DNA of 64,000 nucleotides from Cenarchaeum sp. (lineage in GTDB: Archaea; Thermoproteota; Nitrososphaeria; Nitrososphaerales; Nitrosopumilaceae), in the NCBI GenBank assembly GCA_965206845.1, contig OZ242221.1:608001-672000 (forward strand), in the 5' to 3' direction. Both the position numbers and the translations under genes were made by a program. Position 1 is the first letter of the stretch. Every line of letters starts with the position of its first letter. The notes beneath the pieces are model-generated. The model made no database searches, had not been told where the DNA came from, and saw only the letters and a program-made list of their open reading frames with translations. This document shows, piece after piece, positions 59,066-64,000 of the stretch.

Positions 59066-61188
59066 AGATAACAGATCTGAGGCTACCAGATGACTCGATT
59101 AGCTTCCTCAAATCTCAGGGATACGTAGATCTCTATCCCCCGCAGGCAGACAGCGTAAAGGCCGGCCTGCTGAGCGGAAAGAGCATGCTGGTATCCGCAC
59201 CCACTGCCAGCGGCAAGACCCTCATTGCCACAATGGCCATTCTTGCCTACCTGCAGGGCAGCCACCGCAAGGTAGTCTACCTGAGCCCGCTCAAGGCCCT
59301 GGCAGCAGAGAAGTACGGCGAGCTCAAAAAGATCAAAACGATTCCCGGGCTGAAGGATGTCCGGATCCGGATCTCCACCGGCGACTTTGATTCAAGGGAT
59401 GGCGCTATCGCCAGAAGCGATGTCGCCATTATGACAAACGAGAAGATGGACTCGGCCATCCGCCATGATCCCAGCTGGGTCGACGAGGTCGGCCTGGTCA
59501 TAGTGGACGAGATACACCTGCTGGGAGACCAGACCCGTGGCCCCACGCTGGAGATGATCCTAAGCAAGCTCAGGTACCTGGGAAGCAGGATGCAGGTCAT
59601 CGGCCTGAGTGCAACCATCTCAAATGCAGACGAGATAGCCCGGTGGCTTGACACCACCCTGGTCGTCAGCGACTGGAGGCCCGTGTCACTGACTGAGGGC
59701 GTGTACGACTACGGCACGGTCACGATGCAAGACGGGCGCGCCTTTGAGGTACCCCTCACACTCCGGAGCCCCCCCGTTGACATCGGCGTGGACTCGGTGG
59801 TGCACGGGGGGCAGTCGCTTGTGTTTGCCTCCACCAGGTCCAGATCCGTATCCCTGGCCTCCAAGGCCGCTGCTGCCGTCTTCAAGCTAATGAAAAAGTC
59901 CGATGTCACACACCTGGCAAAGGTGTCACGGAGCATCCTTGAGAGGAACGAGAACACCAAGATGATCAAGGCGCTGGCAGATCTGGTAAAGAACGGGGTG
60001 GCATTTCACCACGCGGGGCTGAACCAGTACTGCCGCGAGATCGTGGAGAAGGAGTTCCGCTCGGGCAGAATCAAGCTGCTGACGTCCACTCCGACGCTGG
60101 CAGCCGGGGTGAACCTGCCTGCAAGGAGGGTGGTGGTCTCCAGCGTTACCCGGTACGACGCCCGCATGGGAGCCAGCATGCCGATCAGCGTCATGGAGTA
60201 CAAGCAGTACTGCGGCAGGGCAGGAAGACCCCAGTACGACGACTACGGGGAGGCCATAATCGTCGGGAACGGCAACGCCTGGGAGATGACAGAGATGTAC
60301 GTCAACGGGGAGCCTGAGCCCGTGGAGTCGCAGATCACAGGCCAGAGATCCCTGCGAATCCACACCTTGAGCCTGATTACGACCGTGCCGGGAATCAAGG
60401 GCGGCGAGATCGCCGAATTTTTCCTGAACACCCTTGGTGGCACCCAGTCATCCGGCCCGGGAGTCGAGCGTGACGTCTGGAGCACGCTGGAGTTCCTGCA
60501 GGAGGGCGGTCTTATCGTCTGCAAGGGCGGCAGATACGCGGCAACGGAGTTTGGCAAAAAGGCATCCCTTCTGTACATAGACCCGGAGACCGCCCTCATG
60601 TTTCGGGAGACGCTGAGGACGGCATCCAAAAGGCCCAGGCATACCCTGGGCTTTCTTCACCTGATCACCGAATGCGGGGAGTTCTATCCAAAATTTGGCA
60701 TGAGAAAGGACGACTACGATCGTGCCGCCGACGTGATCGATACGCACGCAGAGGAGATCATTGATTTCTTCACGGAGCAGGAATGCAACCGGAGCCTTCT
60801 GGCGCTGCACTACTGGATTATGGAGCAGACGGATCTTGTCATCTCGGATCACCTGGGCATCGAGTCAGGTGACATGCACAGAATGGTGGAGACCGCCGCC
60901 TGGCTGGCCCACTCCCTGCAGGAGCTGGCAAGGCTTCAGGGGCGCGCCGATCTGCTAGAGGAGCTTGGCATCCTGCAGCGGAGGATCACCTACGGCATCA
61001 TGGAGGACCTGACAGAGCTGACCAGGATACGCGGAGTGGGCCGGATCCGGGCCCGGAGCCTGTTCAAGCACAAGATCAGGACCCTTGACGACCTAGCAAG
61101 GTTACCCGTCAGAAACCTGGCCGCAATCGACAAGATCGGCAGAACCATCGCGGCCAGCATCAAGTCACAGACGGGGACTGTAACATAA
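59062..61188 (+). CDS. hel308: Ski2-like helicase Hel308/Hjm
   Basis: PTASGKT, DEIH, SAT, WRPV, FHHAGL, TLAAGVNLPA, GRAGRP, GVGRIRARSL. Confidence 0.92.
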   Translation: MKITDLRLPDDSISFLKSQGYVDLYPPQADSVKAGLLSGKSMLVSAPTASGKTLIATMAILAYLQGSHRKVVYLSPLKALAAEKYGELKKIKTIPGLKDVRIRISTGDFDSRDGAIARSDVAIMTNEKMDSAIRHDPSWVDEVGLVIVDEIHLLGDQTRGPTLEMILSKLRYLGSRMQVIGLSATISNADEIARWLDTTLVVSDWRPVSLTEGVYDYGTVTMQDGRAFEVPLTLRSPPVDIGVDSVVHGGQSLVFASTRSRSVSLASKAAAAVFKLMKKSDVTHLAKVSRSILERNENTKMIKALADLVKNGVAFHHAGLNQYCREIVEKEFRSGRIKLLTSTPTLAAGVNLPARRVVVSSVTRYDARMGASMPISVMEYKQYCGRAGRPQYDDYGEAIIVGNGNAWEMTEMYVNGEPEPVESQITGQRSLRIHTLSLITTVPGIKGGEIAEFFLNTLGGTQSSGPGVERDVWSTLEFLQEGGLIVCKGGRYAATEFGKKASLLYIDPETALMFRETLRTASKRPRHTLGFLHLITECGEFYPKFGMRKDDYDRAADVIDTHAEEIIDFFTEQECNRSLLALHYWIMEQTDLVISDHLGIESGDMHRMVETAAWLAHSLQELARLQGRADLLEELGILQRRITYGIMEDLTELTRIRGVGRIRARSLFKHKIRTLDDLARLPVRNLAAIDKIGRTIAASIKSQTGTVT

Positions 61189-62199
61189 TTGGCAGACGAG
61201 ATGATTGCGGCGATAGCCGCATCCGCTGTTGCGTTTTTTACGGTGTACCTGGCCATGCCGCCGCTGATCAGGATCCTGGAGGCAAGAAACATGACGGTGC
61301 CAGACGTCAACAAGAAGGGGCATGTCATGGTTGCCCGTCCCGGCGGGCCTGCGCTCATCGCGGGGATACTGGCATCTGAGGCAGTCATGTACGCGTTCTT
61401 TCCGGACGGCGCCATACTTGCAATAATGGCCACCACCACCATCGCGTTCTTTGTGGGGCTGACAGACGACATAAGGGTCATGGGCGGCTGGTTCAAACCC
61501 GTGGCGCTGGCCTTTGCGGCAGCCCCCATCCTCCTGCTGGGTGCGTACGACTCGAACCTTGCGTTTCCCCTGTTTGGCAACGTGCAGATTCCCGTGCTGT
61601 ATCTGGGGGTGGCGGTGCTCATGATCTCGATTACAGGCAACACGATAAACTCCATTGACGTGGTAAACGGTTCGGCCAGCGGCTTTATGATAATTGCAAG
61701 CTTTGCCCTGTCCATCTCGCTGTTCATAGTGGAGTGGCTTGCCGGCGGGCAGGACTACGTGGTGGCAGCCGCCAGCCTGCCCCTGGGATTTGTCTCGCTG
61801 GCCCTGTACAGGTACCACCGCATCCAGAGCAGGATATTTCCCGGAGACTCGGGGGCGCTGACCCTGGGCTGCATGTACGGCGCCATCGCCGTTGTAGGCG
61901 GCGCGGAGATTATCGCCGCAGTGGCGCTGCTTCCTGCCATAGTCAACTCGTTTCTGTTTCTGTCAAGCATGAAGCGCGTAGTGGAACACCGCCAGATCAA
62001 ATCAAGGCCGGTAACACACACAGAAGACATGAAGCTCAAGGCAACCGACAGCAAGACCGCGCCTGTCACACTGGTGAGGCTCATCGTTGCATTCCGGCCC
62101 CTGACCGAGAGGGAGGTGGCACATGCGATCTTCAGGTTGGCGCTGTTCTCTGGGGGATTGGCCGTAGTAACTGCCCTGCTGATGGGGGTGTCGCTGTGA
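61189..62199 (+). CDS. UDP-GlcNAc:dolichyl-phosphate GlcNAc-1-P transferase (MraY/GPT family)
   Basis: DVNK, GG, GLTDD, N.IN.ID..NG, IFPGDSG; multiple TM helices. Confidence 0.88.
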   Translation: MADEMIAAIAASAVAFFTVYLAMPPLIRILEARNMTVPDVNKKGHVMVARPGGPALIAGILASEAVMYAFFPDGAILAIMATTTIAFFVGLTDDIRVMGGWFKPVALAFAAAPILLLGAYDSNLAFPLFGNVQIPVLYLGVAVLMISITGNTINSIDVVNGSASGFMIIASFALSISLFIVEWLAGGQDYVVAAASLPLGFVSLALYRYHRIQSRIFPGDSGALTLGCMYGAIAVVGGAEIIAAVALLPAIVNSFLFLSSMKRVVEHRQIKSRPVTHTEDMKLKATDSKTAPVTLVRLIVAFRPLTEREVAHAIFRLALFSGGLAVVTALLMGVSL

Positions 62200-62429
62200 T
62201 AGGGCCCATCTACGTCTTCGTCGCAGTAATGTGGCTGCTGATTCTGTCAGGCGGCGGACTGGCCGTCCTCATACTGGGGCCGATCACCATCTCTGGGTAT
62301 GGAGAGCTTGACGGCGCTCTCTCGTCTGGAGTAAAGGCGGTAGCGGCCATACTGCTGTCGGTACTCTGGGTAGTAATCCTCACCAAGATCAAGAACTGGA
62401 TGTTTCGCAGAAAGATCAGCTCCGTATAA
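62196..62429 (+). CDS. Small 2-TM membrane protein
   Basis: GTGA overlap with the upstream stop; MIGPIYVFVAVMW...KIKNWMFRRKISSV. Confidence 0.7.
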   Translation: MIGPIYVFVAVMWLLILSGGGLAVLILGPITISGYGELDGALSSGVKAVAAILLSVLWVVILTKIKNWMFRRKISSV

Positions 62430-62480
62430 GCCGCCGCCCCAGTGCCAGCAGGTCCGACCAGAGGCAGCGCACGGGCATTC

Positions 62481-62750
62481 TCAGAGGTGCCAGGGCATGC
62501 CGGATCTGGTTACCCTGTCAGGCAGATTTGTCGCGTTGCCCTTTAGAAACTCCATGTCCTGCTTTTTGTCCCTGAGGTCATCAGGCAGCATTATCGGAAT
62601 CCCGTCTATTATGGGGTAAAAGCGGGAGCAGTCGGGGCAGAGCAGTGCGCCCTCCAGGACAGCGTCCCCCTTTGTTCTTATCTCGACCAGCTCCAGGGGG
62701 GAGTGCCTGTCAATCGGGCATATCAGTATGTCCAGCATCTTTTTGTTCAT
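62481..62750 (-). CDS. Trm112-like methyltransferase activator
   Basis: LDILICPID...L, G.L.CPDC.RFYPI.DGIP.ML. Confidence 0.88.
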   Translation of the reverse strand: MNKKMLDILICPIDRHSPLELVEIRTKGDAVLEGALLCPDCSRFYPIIDGIPIMLPDDLRDKKQDMEFLKGNATNLPDRVTRSGMPWHL

Positions 62751-63670
62751 CTTGACTCCAGATAAATGGGCGTACCGCTTTCGTTGGATAAAAGTGCAGC
62801 TTCAAGCATTTTTGCTGCGTTTACTGCCTCCCGCGCATCTGCAGGCGGCCGGGTCTTCCCGGCAGCAGCGGCAAGAAGGCCCTCGATCTCACACTGCAGG
62901 GGATCCCTCCACGGATCCGTCGCATCCCTGGTTGCGGCAGGCGTCCTGATCCTGATCTCCTGCGAGACTGCGTCGCCGGAGACGACTGCGTTCGTGCATA
63001 TCGCGCTAAACGTCTGCTCCTTGAGCGGGGAGATCCAGCCAGATGAGACTGTCGCCATCTTGCCGTCCCCAAAGCCCAGCACAACCACGGCGTGGTCATC
63101 GCAGCCGCCATGCATGCTGCCTGACCTGGCAAAGACCATCTCCGGCGTCTGGCCAAAGAGCCACACGGCAGAGTCCATATCCTGTGCCGCGGCATCACGG
63201 ATGACTCCCGCACCGCCGGCGTGCGGCGGAGCCTTGTGCCTGTGAAACTCCAGCGCCGCGAGGCTGCCAAGGGTTCCTGACATGACCAGATCTCTTGCCT
63301 TTGCCACGGCAGGGTTAAACCTCCCGGTGCAGCCGTACAGCAGCAGGGTCCGGTTTCTCTCTGCCAGCTCCATCAGGGGATCGATCTCCCGGGACTGGTA
63401 CGTCACGGATCCGTCTACGAGGATGTCCTTTTTGGCCCTGACCAGCCGTGCTATCGCCTCTGGATGCATGTGCACGCACACAAGGGCGGCATCAAACTCG
63501 GACGACAGCAGCGCGTCAAGTGACGTGTGATGGCTCGCCGAGTACCTGTGGCCGCACTCCCTGGCAGCATCCTCCACGGCATCATATACGGCGCCAAGCG
63601 CCCCCAGCTCGGCCAGTATTCTGGCATGGTTCTCGCTCCGGCTCCCGGCGCCGACCAGCGCCACCTTCAG
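62747..63670 (-). CDS. Gfo/Idh/MocA-family oxidoreductase homolog with degenerate motifs
   Basis: Fold cues NH.RIL, RFNP, LEFHR, WLF, VFAR, S.WI.P, PL..EI; start may be CTG 63670 (KVALVG) or GTG 63664. Confidence 0.8.
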   Translation of the reverse strand: MKVALVGAGSRSENHARILAELGALGAVYDAVEDAARECGHRYSASHHTSLDALLSSEFDAALVCVHMHPEAIARLVRAKKDILVDGSVTYQSREIDPLMELAERNRTLLLYGCTGRFNPAVAKARDLVMSGTLGSLAALEFHRHKAPPHAGGAGVIRDAAAQDMDSAVWLFGQTPEMVFARSGSMHGGCDDHAVVVLGFGDGKMATVSSGWISPLKEQTFSAICTNAVVSGDAVSQEIRIRTPAATRDATDPWRDPLQCEIEGLLAAAAGKTRPPADAREAVNAAKMLEAALLSNESGTPIYLESR

Positions 63671-63671
63671 A

Positions 63672-64000
63672 CTAGTACACCTCCGTCAGCCACCGGGAAT
63701 ATCTCATGTTCCTGCCGTTCGCTGCGTCATCATATGCGTCCATGATCTTCTGGGTAACGGGGCCGGGCCTGCCTGTGCCTATCTTCTCGCCGTCTATGCC
63801 GGTTACCGGAGTGATCTCTGCTGCCGTGCCGCACAGAAATACCTCGTCGGCCGCATACAGGTCCTGCTTGTCTATAGTCTGCACGGACGCGTCATAGCCG
63901 GTGTCCTTTGCCATCTCAAGTATGGTATCCCGGGTAATGCCCTTGAGGGCAGAAGAGCCGACCGGCGGCGTGAGCAGGCGGCCGTCCTTTATGATGAAGA
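63672..64000 (-). CDS. ilvE: Branched-chain amino acid aminotransferase, C-terminal part, truncated by window edge
   Basis: LTPP...AL.GITRDT, ADEVFLCGTAAEITPV, PGPVT, WLT. Confidence 0.9.
   Translation of the reverse strand, partial: FIIKDGRLLTPPVGSSALKGITRDTILEMAKDTGYDASVQTIDKQDLYAADEVFLCGTAAEITPVTGIDGEKIGTGRPGPVTQKIMDAYDDAANGRNMRYSRWLTEVY

Overview
Archaeal chromosomal window, almost certainly from an ammonia-oxidising thaumarchaeote (Nitrososphaerota, Nitrosopumilaceae-like) with fairly high GC, estimated by eye in the mid-to-high 50s percent. The assignment rests on four PEFG-CTERM surface proteins, the adjacent 4-hydroxybutyryl-CoA dehydratase and ADP-forming CoA ligase of the 3HP/4HB carbon-fixation cycle, F420 (cofG/cofH) and late cobalamin genes, archaeal ribosomal proteins, thermosome, and RFC/GINS/MCM/Hel308. 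Long non-coding spacers and IS elements suggest a host-associated lineage (inference). Most of the window is core genome: about 65 CDS and 2 tRNAs (Leu-TAG, Ser-TGA), with no rRNA, CRISPR or prophage seen. Most notable observations: (1) an intact IS5-family (IS903-like) element with 20-bp imperfect TIRs and a perfect 9-bp target duplication, plus a truncated relative, both ending about 17 nt upstream of a host TATA-like box; (2) nickel-pincer cofactor genes larB/larC/larE-iscS with no larA in the window, interrupted by mdh, a zinc-finger membrane protein and a DUR3-type urea transporter; (3) a full-length Gfo/Idh/MocA protein that has lost its NAD-binding and catalytic motifs; (4) a cobyric acid synthase lacking its glutaminase domain; (5) a PEFG-CTERM array showing domain shuffling and a decayed fifth tail; (6) a perfect palindromic operator in front of a winged-helix gene. 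All family calls come from motif recognition; no database search was run.
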